From Squalus acanthias (taxonomy: Eukaryota), in the NCBI GenBank assembly GCA_030390025.1, contig CM059432.1, positions 129,458,001-129,522,000 on the forward strand: 64,000 nt of DNA, given 5' to 3'. This document shows, one piece after another, positions 47,560-60,580 of the stretch. The notes under the pieces were generated by a model that was not told where the DNA came from, ran no database searches, and was given only the letters and a program-made list of their open reading frames with translations. A program made the translations under genes and the position numbers. The number at the start of each line of letters is the position of its first letter. Position 1 is the first letter of the stretch.

Positions 47560-48330
47560 AAAAGGTTATGGGTTCAAACTCCACTCCAGGATTTTAGTAC
47601 ACGATCTAAGTTGAAACTTCTGTGCAGTACTAAGGGATTGCTGCATTGTCAGAGATTCCGGGCTAGAAATTCGTTATAGCCAAGGAATGGGCGGTGTTAG
47701 GACAAAGGTTGGAGAATTAGCGCCTGGCGAAAATGCTCCAGACTGTACGCAAAATTTGTCCTCACTGCTCAATAAAATGATTGGAGTCTTTAATCAAGTC
47801 TAAAAACCCAAGCTCATTGGCATTACACTTAAAGGCTGGACCACTATCGGTGAAGTCTAATCACAACTCATGATTGCCACAGGCTTTTTTCACTACTTAA
47901 AGAGGAGGTTCATTGATGTTGCAGCACCTCATTCTCAGCATTGCACACTCACTGACATCACGATCTCCCTGGCGTTGAGATCCCCGGCGATAGCTGTTAC
48001 CAGCAGCAGTACGGGGGGGCTCCTGATTTGGCATGCGGCGCTGGATTCGCCTCACCCTGTCGGTACTGGTCTCAATGTCGCATTAGCGCCATCTACTGGC
48101 GCTGATGGACGGCGCTAAGGGGACGAATTTTTCCCCCTCCATCTTTTGGTTGTGGCATTAAACCAATGCTCTGTGTGCATGTTCAAGGGAATGTAAAAGA
48201 TTCCGGTTTGAAGAACAGGGGACTTCTAATATTGTAGTTAATATTTATCCATCAACTAACACCACCAAAGCAAATTCATTGGACATTTGTATGATTTGTT
48301 GTTTGTGGATTCTCGCTGAGATCAAATTGT
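47560..48330 (+). mobile_element. Old DeuSINE split by a MITE
   Basis: B-box ggttcaaactcc head; the core atgtaaaagattcc...gaagaacagggg resumes after 48140. Confidence 0.5.
47660..48137. mobile_element. Harbinger-type MITE
   Basis: Imperfect TIR gggctagaaattcgt / acgaatttttccccc, TSD TCC. Confidence 0.6.
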
Positions 48331-49173
48331 CTGCTCTGTTTGTCTAAAAAGAAAACAAGGAATTTTCACAGGAAAAAACAGCTGGGTTGGGGGGCGGAAG
48401 TTAAAGTTTTAAAAATCTAAAACCCGACCCAAACCTGCATCCAACCCGCCCACTTTCAACTTTTACTCAGGTGGGACGGGGGCGGGCAGCCAACCCGCTG
48501 CCAGGAGACAGGTTGGCATTTTAAATATTATAAGGAGGCTTGAAGCCTCTGCTTAACCTCCCAGGCTAGCAACTCAGCCCCGGGGTCAGGGATCGGACCC
48601 CCTCCTCCCCCCCGGGATCACGACTCGCCCCTAGTGTCAGGGATTGGATCCCCCCACCCTGGGGGGGAGCAGACCCCCGCCGGGCTTGGAAGCCGCCCCC
48701 TCCCCACCACCTTGGACCCAGCACCTACCTGTTGCTGCGGCGTCCTGGTCAGCCAGCGTTCCCCGGCCGACTGGATGCCAACCTGTCAGTCAGGCTGGTT
48801 TCTGGGTGGGGAACCCGCCCTTTATGTCACATGTTAAAACTCCACAGCGTGCCGGACACCCAGACTTCCCGGCCAATGATTCAAAACAGTAATTGACTTG
48901 CTGTGAAGCATTTTGACCGTCCTGAGGAGATGAAAGTCACTATGTAAATGTAAGTTTTTCCTTCTTCCTTTACAGCCTTGACACAGTGTCAATAATTGTA
49001 CGGACCTTGCATAATTTTGCTATCCAGAGAGGGGGAACCCTTCGGTAAGAGTCACAGGAGAGTCAGCCTGAAGCCTTATCAAAGGAGGAGGAAGAAGACA
49101 AAATGAGCAAAGGTGACATGCAGCCAGGAAGACTGGCATGGCAGTCATTGAAGGACAAGACTTGTACTTACAC

Positions 49174-49394
49174 CTATAATTGCTTCCCTGCATGAACTCT
49201 TCCCATGGTCTTTGTCGTAATACAATGAACCCATGAACAAAATGCTCAACCACTGCCTCCAAAATATTTGTCTTTATCTCACCGCCTGCTGCATTAATAT
49301 GTGCCTTCTGATAATAAATGTACAAATGGGGAAGGGTGAAAACTGCTGTTCTACGTATTGCCAAATTGTGCACCTCCAGTCCGTGATTTTCCAT
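49174..49394 (-). CDS. Candidate internal host exon (MENHGLEVHNLAIRR...EEFMQGSNY)
   Basis: 73 open codons of globular-looking sequence in unique DNA; acceptor cacttcagaacAG; donors AG|GTgtaa (phase 2) or T|GTaagt. Confidence 0.45.
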
Positions 49395-49539
49395 CTGTTC
49401 TGAAGTGCAGGAATGGCGTTTTTACCCCTAACAAAGACACACATGCCAACTGCTAGTGTTTTACACTGACAGCCAGCATGTCCTTAGCCCTGTCAGCATG
49501 TCGATATTAGCTGACCAAAATCAATGTTTTTGATTCAAA

Positions 49540-51712
49540 AATCATTAAAAGCAGCAACGCAGGTTAACAAGGCCATAAAAAATGCAAACAAAGCACTGGG
49601 GTTCATTTCCAGAGGGATTGAATTGAAAAGCAGAGAAGTTATGTTAAACTTGTATCGAACCTTGGTTAGACTACACTTGGAGTACTGCGTACAGTTCTGA
49701 TCGCCATATTGCAAAAATTATATCGAGGCACCGGAGAAGGTGCAAAAAAGATTTACAAGGATGATACCAGAACTGAGAGGTTATACTTATCAGGAAAGAC
49801 TGAACAAGCTGGGGCTCTTTTCTCTAGAAAAGAGGTGGCTGTGGGATGACCTAATAGAGGTCTTTAAAATTATGAAGGGGTCTGGTAGGGTAGACCTCCT
49901 TGCTTTGCACTTGTTATAAAGTGCTGGAGAGTCTACTGTTCCACAGACTAGCCCCCATCATCGAGCCTACCATTCCTAAGGAGCAAGCGAGCTTCCGGAG
50001 CAGCCGTGCTGCGACCAAGTGGTAGCTTTAACAACGCACATCAAAGCAGGCTTCTAGCACCAGCTCAAGACCGCCGTACCGCTCATGGACCTGTCAGCGG
50101 CGTATGACACAGTATGGAAGCATGGACTGCTTTTCAAGCTCTCCACCATTTTACCCTGCAGAACAACGATCCATCTTCTCAACTCCATGCTTAGCAACCG
50201 ATGCTTCAGTGTGCACTCTAGCACCCAGAAGAGCAGATATAGGACACTGAACAACGGACTCCCACAGGGTTCTGTCCTGGCACCCATGTTATTCAACGTT
50301 TACACCAGTGACCTGCCCGAAACAGAGTCCCGCAAGTTCATATGCGCTGATGACATTGCCTTGGCCACGCAAAATATGAATCTGTCCATCACCGAGGAGA
50401 CCCTGAACAGTGATTTACAGAGGATGGAGGCCTACTTCCACCGATGGCGACTTCGGCCAAACCCACAAAAGACCGTCACCTCGACATTCCATCTCAACAC
50501 TCATCAAGCAAACCAAGCTTTGAAAGTCTCCTTTTGCGGCGCAGAGATAAAACCATGGCAAAAACCCCTCCTATTTAGGAGTCACGCTTGATCACACCCT
50601 ATCATATAGACATCTCCAGAACCTTGGGAAGAAACTAAAGAGCAGGGCCAACTTGATCCAGAAACTCGCTGGATCCACATGGGGAGCAGACGCTCAAACC
50701 CTCCGTACGGCAGCACTCGCCCTGGTGTACCCTACAGTGGAGTACTGCTCTCCGGCATGTCAAATCCATTGATGTCCAGCTGAATTCTACTATGAGAATT
50801 ATCACTGGTTTTATCGACACCAACTCCTTGGCTGCCCGTGCTTGCAAACATCGCACCACCACACTTATGCTGCGAATATGCAGTCTCCAGAGAATACAAC
50901 CACTACACCAGCAAAGACATGCCGATCCAGGCCGACTTGAACAACCTACCACCAACCCAACTCAAATCTCAAAGGCCATTTTGGACCATCGCTGAAGCCC
51001 TTCAGCAATCTCCCCTCAGCCTTGATGACCAATGACGAAATGCTTGGAAGAACTGTGACATACGGAATAGAGGACCCCACAGTACAACCTGAAGGATCAA
51101 ACCTTCCTCGCAAACAGTGGACAACCATCAACCGCCTCAGAACTGGTCATGGTAGATGCTGCCACCTTCTCCATAGCTGGAAGATTAAAGCATCCCCATC
51201 ATGCGACTGTGGAGCTCCTAATCAGACCCTGGAGCACATCATTGAGCACTGCCCTCAGAGGAAATTCGCAGGCAGCCTACAAGATATCCACGCTGTTACA
51301 CCAGAAGCTTTGGCCTGGATACCTGACTTGGATATTTTCATTTGATTTGCTTTGCTACTACCATATGAAAGAAGAAGAAGAAGGGTAGACGTAGATAAAA
51401 CATTTCTGCTTGTGGGGGAATCTAAAACCAGTGGTCATAAATATAAGATAGTCACTAATAAATCCAATAAGTAATTTAGGAGAAACTTCTTTACCCAGAG
51501 AGTGGTTAGAATGTGGAACTCACTACCACAAGGAGCAGTCGAGGCGAATAGCATAGATGCATCTAAGGGGAAGTTAGATAGGTACATGCGGGAGAAGGAA
51601 TAGATTATGCTGATAGGGTTAAATGAAGTAGGATGGCAGGACGATCGTGTGGAGCATAAACACTGGCATATTTGGGCCAAATGGCTTGTTTCTGTGCTGT
51701 AAATTCTATGTA
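49540..51712 (+). mobile_element. CR1 3' fragment interrupted by an Ingi/Vingi-like LINE
   Basis: CR1 sequence is continuous across 49895/51391; tail ctgtaaattctatgtaa. Confidence 0.8.
49896..51381 (+). mobile_element. 5'-truncated Ingi/Vingi-like LINE
   Basis: DLSAAYDTVW, GLPQGSVLAPMLFNVYTSDLP, ICADD, RLRTGHG, CDCG...HIIEHC zinc finger, (GAA)n tail, 9-bp TSD AGGGTAGAC (49887-49895 / 51382-51390). Confidence 0.75.
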
Positions 51713-53578
51713 ATTTTTCACAGCACATTTTGTTAAAGTCGCCACAGAATGTCCTGATAATCTTTTGTTGCACGCATGCGTTGAGTTGGGGGTGGGGGAA
51801 GATGTGGGTCCACGCTGGCTTGGCCTGGCTTCTGGCAGTAGACAGGTAAAGAGATTAACATTCACCTGACCTTTCCTTTGAATTAGTGAGCACTGTACAC
51901 CAAGCCGACAGAGTTTATCATTTCCAGCATTATGTGTCTGTGTCATTACCATGAGCTGCTGTTATGGGATAAATCATTGCTATATTAACATTGACAACAT
52001 TCTGCTGTGTTATGTTCATTGTATATTACCTTCTGGCAGTACAATAATCAACTTGTAACAACTACTTCATTGTAATATTTAAAATATCTGTAAACCTCCC
52101 AGGATAAATATTTTTTGGCTTCAAAGGCTGAATGACAGTACAATCCAAAATGCTGAAAAATGCACTTTAAATTCCCTTGGGGGCCTCTAGGCTCTACATC
52201 CTCAGTGTGGGAGGTGGAGGCTGCTGTAGCTCATTCAAGGCTTTATGTGATGCTCATTCTGGGCAACCCCAGAAGCTTAGGTCTCAGAGCAACCAGCTGC
52301 AGATTGCAACAACTCAGCATCTGCCAGGGAGAGTCTGGCCCAGCTGGCTTTCTGTCACTAGGGTGGGCATTAGTTCAGGGGGGGGTCACAAGGGTCCAGA
52401 AATATTATGAGAAATGGCATCATGTTCCATTCCCATTGCACGACTGTCCCTGCTGCTGGGCTGCGGCAGAGAGCAGATTCTAGGACATCTCTGACCTGAC
52501 TGAAGCCCCGATGCATTTGCTCTCCCTGCCTGTCCAAGTTGGAGAAGATGGTTGAGTTTTTAAAGGTCCCCTGAAATCTGCATCTCTCTCCTCTGCAGCA
52601 AAGCTAGGACGTGAGCTGGTCATCTAGTTAGCTCCTCCCTCGGCCTTCCTTACCACCTTCACCTGCTCACTTAGAATCACAGAATGATACAGCACAGAAG
52701 GAGGCCATTCGGCCCATCGTGCCTGTGCCCAGTGAATCCACCAGTGCACTCTCGTTGAACTCACTATCTAAATCACAAAGGATGCCAATTTCTGTGCTGA
52801 TGCTTGGCAGGGTAAGAATGAGCGATGGTGCATTGATCTTCAGCATTCTCCTCGTCAGTCTGCCTGACTGTAGCGGCTGATTTATCGGATCGACTTTAGA
52901 AAAAGGGGAGAGGGACCAGGGTTAGGATGTAGTTGTGAGGGTAAGAACTAGAAGATCAGTGGCAGCACAATGCAGCACCAGATAGTCAGTGTGTGAGTGT
53001 GTGACTGAAAGAGTTCAGTAGAAAGAGAAAAGGAAACATGTCAATACACGAGGCCTGAAGCCTCGCCATCTCCGATGCTCTGTATCTTCCAATGCTGTCA
53101 ATGACTGCCTCATCCATGAGTGTCTTTAATAGTCTTCATCCCTTTAAATTTCACTTACACACAATTTTTGGCTCCCACCGTTAGTCAGCTCTTGGGATCT
53201 GTCCAATCCGACACCTAAAGTTATGCTAATGAACTGACTGAGGAAAATTGAGTATGAACAGTAGAGTTTCATTTGAGTCTGTCTCAAACCTGCCAATATC
53301 CATACTGGTGGTAACTATGCCAAAAGAGAGAATCTAGGCTAGTGAGTGACATGCTGGTAAGCCTATTATATCTGAACTTGTCCTTTGTGCTATATTTAAA
53401 TCAGACAGTGGTGAAGTAGGAATGTATAGTTGCAGTACCCCTGGAGTCTACAAATCAGAAATAAAGAATTTGATGGATGTTGAAGAACCCTGTTGCTTTT
53501 CAGAAATTTTAGTAATAGATTCATCAATCACCTGTGACATGACTCATGAATAAAATTTTGTCTTTCTTCTGTCACTAT

Positions 53579-54215
53579 GGCCTGGATTTTAAGTGCCAGC
53601 TGGCGAGTTAATTTCCCTTACCCGCGGCAGAATGAGGTCCTGCTAATTTAACGGCCAGTCCTCATTTAAATCCCGCCGTCTGACCTCTCGCCCGTTGTCC
53701 GCTGACACAAGGTAAGTGGTGGGATTGGGTTCTGGGGATGTTTCGTGGGGGCCTCATGTTCGTGAAGGAGTGGAGTCCAGGACAGGGGAGGCCTACGCTT
53801 TCCTTGTAGGGTCTGGAGGAGCAGGAATGCTCTTCCGGGCCCGACAAAGGACAGGAAAACACTTAGCTTTTTTGGCCTCTTCTGGGCTGATTCTCTTCTG
53901 TCCCAGGTTAGCCTGACATGAAAGCCTTAGTGACTTCCCCATTCAGGCCTGAGTTATAATTGCAGCCAGGCCATGATGACAAACCTCAGGGCAAACCAAT
54001 CTTGCTGTGGAGGCCTCAAACAGGCATTAGTCCCCTTATTTGCATATGCGAAGGGCCCAACGCCTGTATCAGGCGTTAGGCCCTGGACGCCTATTACTCT
54101 TTCCAATATGGCGGGTGTAGCACTTTGGCCAGACATGTGCGCCCACTTCCTGCCCGCCATATTGGTCGCTTAGTAGGCTGGTTAGCATCCGAAAAGGAGG
54201 CCGAATTTATAGGCC
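53579..54215. mobile_element. Harbinger-type MITE
   Basis: Ends ggcctggatttt ... aatttataggcc; interior resembles 11892-12375. Confidence 0.45.
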
Positions 54216-55750
54216 TTGGTTTTCCACTGAAAATATGAATGGAATCACTTTTCAAACTGTTCTAAAAGCTGGTTTATTTCCTTAGAACCTCACGGGCCAC
54301 GGTCATATGTGATCTTATCAGTATTTTATAAGTATTGTTGATTTGCAGATATTTTAGCACAGAAATAACAAGAAAAATTCAAATTAAGCTTGCACATATA
54401 AATTATACAAGTTGTGTGGGGTTCAAACATAATAAAGAATATGGATTTGGACATCTAAGCTCTGTATCCTTAACTGGCATTTAGATTATAATAATATTCT
54501 GGTATCGAATTACATCGAATTACAAAGCTGTTGCAGAAAATACAATTTATTCTGGACAATTGAAAGACATTTATTTGCACAAAAAAATTAAATTATCCAA
54601 TAATTTGAATTGAATAATGCAATGAACACAGCAAAATAGGAATTTAGTGCTTAGAAAAATCTGAATTATCAGAACATTTGAATAAAGCGACTTTGAATTA
54701 AGAGTAAATTTTATAAAGATAAATTCATTTTTTTACATGATTAAAAGGTACATCATGCTTTTAAAAAAAAAAAAATATTTATAATTCTGTCCTCTCATCC
54801 TTGCTGAGCATTTTTTTAATGAAGAAAAAAAGGGTTAGGAAAATGTGTCCTCAAACAGGCAAGCCTGCTGTCCTGCTAGAATTAGCCTCTTCTCCAACAG
54901 ATCTAGCTGATGGCTTGTGTCCCTATAGGATGTACTCTGTGAAATGGAATCGTTTGTGATAGGCTGGATTGTAAATGCAGCCTTAGTTCCCTCAGCCTGC
55001 CACACTAAAAACGGCAGCCTTGGCAGTAATGCTCTTCTCTTTTATATAGTAAAGTTACATTAATGCCGATTCTAACGCTAATAAATCTTGTACAAATGAT
55101 GGAAATCTGAAATATAAACAGAAAATGCTGGCAACACTCAGCTGGCCAGGCAGCATCTACAGAGAGAGAAAGGCCACCGACCTGAAACACGCATAAATCT
55201 AACTTACGGCTCCTTTAAGTGACTGACTGAAAATCTGGACTGAATATTTTTGAAATACGCTATTGAAAACTTCACGTTAAAAAACTTGTAAATCCAGCAA
55301 ATGCATCATAGCTAAAAGTTTAATGAAATTCAGGGCATGCTTTGCTTTGCTGCTTCACATTCAACTGCCAGGAGGCGAACTTCCTGTGGGGAGAGGCAGG
55401 CTTATCAGCTTTATTTTACAGTGGTATGAACAGCACAATTGACAGGAAGGGAGGTGATACATGGATTACTGTAAGGTGAATTATGTGGCTGATCCCACTT
55501 GTGTAATAAACCATACACCACTGACCGCTCCTATTCTTGTCAACTATCCACCGTATCTCATCATCCTAGAAACCTCAACACAGTTCACTGTAGAATAACT
55601 AGCACTAGACCAGCCCATTGAAGGTATTTGCGTGGCATAGTTAAATATTGATTTAAACATTTAAATATTGATTTGTGTGCTTTCGGACGTCCGGTGGTCG
55701 TGAAAGGCGCTATATAAATGCAAGTCTTTCTTTTTCTTTTTAAACATTAT

Positions 55751-56636
55751 GGGGGAAAAATTCAGTCGCGCCCCATTTGGGGCGCAAATATCGTCCGGGC
55801 GCAAAAATTAGCGCCTGGCGCTAATTATCGCCACCGACTGCAAACTTGACTTTTATCGCCCCTGGAGGTGATTGCAGCGCTAAATCAGGCGCTTCACACC
55901 TGTCTTAAGGCGCAAAGGCCGAGGAGCGAGGCGCTACCTCAGAGCGCTGGCGAAGCTCATGTAATGTCTGTCAGCAATGGAACACATACACAATGGCACG
56001 GGCCAGTTCTTAAAGGGGATGGTTAATCTTGCTTTCCATCCACATCCTGCTCATTGCAGCCTTGAATCTCGGCCTGGAGAGACCTGCACATCAAATGTGC
56101 TGGAACGAACAATGGAGAGTATCAGGCAAAGAGCTCAGCCCCCACAGTCTCTGCTAAATCGATACAAGGAATGGCAAATCAAAATGAACCTGCAAAGTGC
56201 TGCTCAGTACCCAAAACTCCTTCACACAACGTTGAATCTCTCCAGAAGTCTCTCCCTCTCTCTCTCAGAATGCGTAGTTCAAAAATGGCACCAACAATAA
56301 AAGGCAGGAAGCGGTCACCTTTAAATAGCGCTCCCCCTTTCCCTTCATGACTGCAGAACGCTCCCCTCAACCTGTCGTTGCTAGCGTCAGGCGGTAAGGC
56401 AGGGGGCGCCACTCAATATCCGCTCCGGGGCGATACCGGGGCGTTGCGCACTCGAGTGACGTCATGATCGGCCGGCGCAGGAGATCGTGGCGGTAGTGTT
56501 TAGCGCCGCCGCAAAATGTCTAGTTAATTTCGCGAGCGGCGCAAACTTCGCCGCGCCCAGGCGCTAGCTGCTTTGCGCCCCATTAGCGCCCTCTTAAGGC
56601 GCTAACGGGAGGCGCAACCAACTGAATTTTCCCCCC
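55751..56636. mobile_element. Non-autonomous deletion derivative of the Harbinger at 4288
   Basis: TIR gggggaaaaattcagt / actgaattttcccccc, TSD TAT; ends align to 4288-8868. Confidence 0.88.
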
Positions 56637-56692
56637 TATTTTTTTTAAATTAATAATTTGATTTAAATGTTTAAATATTGATTTGTGTGTCA

Positions 56693-57157
56693 GCCGTGGC
56701 TCAGTTGCTAGCACTCTCGCCTCGGAGTCAGAAGGTTGTGGGTTCAAGTCCCACTCCAGAGACTTGAGCACAAAGTTAGGCTGACACTCCAGTGCAGTGC
56801 TGAGGGAGTGCTGCACTGTTGGAGGTGCAATCTTTCGGATGAGACGTTAAACCGAGGCCCCGTCTGCTTTCTCAGGTGGATGTAAAAGATCCTATGGCGC
56901 TATTTCGAAGAAGAGCAGGGGAGTTATCCCCGGTGTCCTGGCCAATATTTATCCCTCAATCAACATAACAAAAACAGATTATCTGGTCATTATCAATTGC
57001 TGTTTGTGGGAGCTTGCTGTGCGCAAATTGGCTGCCGTATTTCCCACATTACAACAGTGACTACACTTCAGAAAGTACTTCATTGGCCGTAAAGTACTTT
57101 GGGACGTCCTGGTGGTCGTGAAAAGTGCTATATAAATGCAAGTCTTTCTTTTTCTTT
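56693..57157 (+). mobile_element. Full-length tRNA-derived DeuSINE (SacSINE1-like)
   Basis: A box tggctcagttg, B box ggttcaagtcc, Deu-like core, L2-type tail gctatataaatgcaagt plus T-rich end. Confidence 0.8.
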
Positions 57158-57271
57158 TTAAACATAATTTATTTTAAATTAATAATTGCAGATTGTCTAT
57201 CATTCTATCAGCAACTGAATTTTAAATGTTATCCACTCACACAAAACTGAATGGTGTATTTGAAAAATAAT

Positions 57272-57390
57272 GGTCTAGAAATTCATCTCGGGCAGTGGCG
57301 CAAAACGGGCGGTATCGGATCGGCCGACCGTTATACACAGTGTCTGATATTCAATTCCATCAATTTCTTTTATTCTCAAATTTCTAGGCC
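57272..57390. mobile_element. 119-bp MITE
   Basis: TIR ggtctagaaatt / aatttctaggcc, TSD AAT. Confidence 0.6.
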
Positions 57391-57719
57391 AATGCCTTGA
57401 AAAACAGAGTGTGGACACTGCTATCAAATCATTCATTTGTCCAAATGATGTTGATTATTTTACTCCATTACCTTTTCAAAACAAGTAAGAAAGCAGGAAT
57501 AATTAACACATCCAAACCTCTACCCCCACTTTGAAACTTTTTCCACTTACTAACACTTTGACAGACATCAGGGTTTCCATCACTCCAAAGCCAGGGATGT
57601 TATTGTCTAGAAATGTCACATAAATGGCTTTATTGACTAGAGATTAATGCGATCTTACTCCAATTTGTTACCGCTCATAAAATAGCTGTCATCATTAGTC
57701 CCTGTAGGATTGATCTTAC

Positions 57720-57822
57720 TGCGTTGTCTATTTCCCTGCATGCTAAAAGACTGCTATCACGATGGTGCGTCATTAGGAGGACTGCGTGTGTCCGATGGAA
57801 TTCAGCTGGCACCAAATGCAGA
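57720..57822 (-). CDS. Candidate internal host exon (LHLVPAEFHRTHAVLLMTHHRDSSLLACREIDNA)
   Basis: Strong acceptor ctcttttgttctcttcAG, donor GCA|GTaaga, phases 2/0. Confidence 0.45.
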
Positions 57823-58134
57823 CTGAAGAGAACAAAAGAGACCAGATCATCCCAGCAGGGGAATTCATCAAAGGACAAAACGTTCAGGCAGTACAGCAGG
57901 GTGAGTCAACGATAGACAAGAACAGAGCAGCTTTTAAAAGCAGGAAAAGGCCAGTTAACCCACCAAACAAAACCTTTTTTGATGTATCTCAGCCCCACCT
58001 ACCCACCATCTCATCATGTCCATTAATCTCTTGTCTCTCAAGAAAGTCATCCAATTGCCTAGCGAATCCATTTGTACTGGTTGTTTCAATGACATTCCTT
58101 GGCCAATTATTTCATGAGCATTATCCTTTGTATG

Positions 58135-58230
58135 ACAACAACAACTTGTATTTATATAGCGCCTTTAACGTAGTAAAACGTCCCAAGGCGCTTCACAGGA
58201 GCGTTATCAAACAAAATTTGATACCGAGTC
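58135..58230 (-). mobile_element. L2-type 3' tail fragment
   Basis: aacaacaacttgtatttatatagcgcctttaacgtagtaaaacgtcccaaggcgcttcac, as at 13737. Confidence 0.6.
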
Positions 58231-59834
58231 GAAAAAGTTCTGCTTGACTTCTCTTCTCATTCCCAACTTCCTAGCTTTGTGTCCCCTGATGATTGAACCC
58301 TTCACCATAGTGAAGAATTTGAAAATGTCCAAGCCACCTCAAAGTCTCCTTTTCCCCCTCAGAAAGCAAGTGCGGGATCACATGATTATGGGACTGTTGT
58401 TTCCTGCACAGTCCTATAATATTCACTGAAGTGAAAAAATGTTATGTTTAATGAATTCTACTTTTCTATGTCACAAATGAGTGGTCACACCATGCAGTCA
58501 AAACTCTAGATACATTTTTCAACTCAATAGATTTACAGCCATGGTAGGAGGGCCTTTGATACTGGGTTCTTTCCCTGGAAATATCATGTAAACAAAATAA
58601 AACATCTATTCTGTATCCAGTGTAGGATGGGAATAAAAGGCTATCGGACAATTTCCCCACTTATATGGAAATCAGGCAGCGGCCTAGTTTCAAATTTATT
58701 GACAAAGCAAATTGTTTTTTGATAAACAAAGGTTAAATGTCTGGATGTTGGGTCGGAGAATAGTGCACAGGCCCCCCCCTCAAGAGAACGTTAGCTACCG
58801 CAGCCTTTAGATTACCAACATGCTTTCCTGTGTAATAAACAAAATATAAAAATTCAGCATACATGTGTCTTCCAGATGAGTGTTTTAATGGCCCAAGTTC
58901 CATGCTTGGCTGAAGAATTTTAAAGAATAAAATAAACTAATAGCAGCGTGCAGTGGTATAGCCACTAATTGGCAGTGACAAATGGAAGCCAAGCCTTTCT
59001 CCACAGGAAGAGGAGGAGAAAAATATGGGAGGTGATTGCTTGAGCTATTCTTGTACACTTAACAATTGCTGACTCACAAACTGCAGTGATAGAGATCTAT
59101 TAAAAGGTTGACTGTCTGCATGTTGGTTGAAAAATGCTGATTGGCTAGAGAGGCCTCCCGAGAGGGCAGGAAATTAAAAGAATGGCCAAAAAAGCTAAAC
59201 GCTAAGTGGATAAATGTATTCACCCATACAAATCAGCAAGGTTCCAGGTGTGATGGATCTTGGTCTGTACTCAATTTGTTTATCATAGCTGGTGCAGCAA
59301 CTGTTAAAGAGGGGGGGAAAAATCAGCTATGTTTCCTTGATTACTGTTAAGTCACCCCTGGTGAGGAATGGATCAGGATTGTGATGCACCTATTGTCAAA
59401 TAGTCTGTCAATTAAGACCCAATTTCAGGAGGCTGGGAAATTCAGAGCAGCTCTCGTTCCTGTGTGGGCACAACTTTGGTGCCAGCAGAGAGTGCTGACC
59501 TTGCTGAATTTTGCAAGGCTAGCCCCTTCCCTTAATGTCCATAAGGAAAACATACACAGCAGGCAGCCAGGCTTGTAGCACAGTTAGCTGAGAGATGCAC
59601 AATTGGGTGAAATAGCTAGTTTAAAAGGGCTTCTGCTTGCCATTAAATTGGAGAGAACTAGTTGAGTCAATTAACCAGAAGGAATGTCATTGCTGTGAGG
59701 TGCGTGCATGTTGTTTGCTTTGAAAATATGTGGAATGAGGGCACTGGAAATATTCCCTCCTTTTCAGAAAAGTTGTTAGAAGTACTGCTGCAAATTGATC
59801 AGCAAAGGAGGGTGGTTCTATTTGAAGCTAAAGG

Positions 59835-60580
59835 TGACAACATCCAGGCTTGGGCGAATAATTTGCAAGTAACATTCGCACCACACAAGTGCCAGGCAAT
59901 GACCATCTCCAACGAGAGAGAAGCTTAATCACCTCACCTTGACATTCAATGGCATCGCTGAATCCCCCCGCATCAACATCCTGGGGGTCATCATTGACCA
60001 GAAACAAAACTAGACCACCCGCATAATGCCAAGGCGACTAGAGTAGGTCAGAGGCTGGGTATTCTGCGGCGAGTGTCTCACCTCCTGACTCCCCAAAGCC
60101 TTTCCACCATCTACAAGGCACAAGTCAGGAGTGTGATGAAGACTCTCCACTTGCCTGATGGGTGCTGCTGCAAGAAGCTGACAAGAAGCTCAACACCATC
60201 CAGGACAAAGCAGCCCACTTGCTTGGCACCCCATCCACCAGCTTAAACATTCACTCCCTCGACCATCGGCGCACCGTGGCTGCAGTGTGCTATATCCAGG
60301 ATGAACTGCAGCAACTCGCCAAGGCTTCTTCGACAGCACCTCCCAAACTCGCGAGCTCCACAACCTAGAAGGACAAGGGCAGCAGGCATATGGGAACACC
60401 ACCACCTCCAAGTTCCCCTCCAAGTCACACACCATCCTGACTTGGAAATATATCACCATTCCTTCATCGTCACTGGGTCAAAATCCTGGAACTCCCTCCC
60501 TAACAGCACTGTGGGAGTACCTTCACCACACGGACTGCAGCGGTTCAAGAAGGCCCACCACCACCTTCTGAGAGGCAACG
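59835..60580 (+). mobile_element. CR1/L2-group LINE, second family, 3' fragment
   Basis: IQAWANNLQVTFAPHKCQAMTIS, TIQDKAAHLLGTPST; inverse of 42785-43620. Confidence 0.8.

Noticed and set aside
48976..49100. Plus-strand exon-like segment
   Set aside because: The peptide VSIIVRTLHNFAIQRG resembles the Harbinger transposase C-terminus, so it is probably a transposon remnant.
56693..56760. tRNA gene
   Set aside because: The A/B boxes run straight into a SINE body and tail, so this is a SINE head.
57708..57901. Plus-strand exon (tgtAG...CAGG|GTGAGT)
   Set aside because: No plus-strand partner exons were found; the overlapping minus-strand exon has a stronger acceptor and fits a phase-consistent chain.
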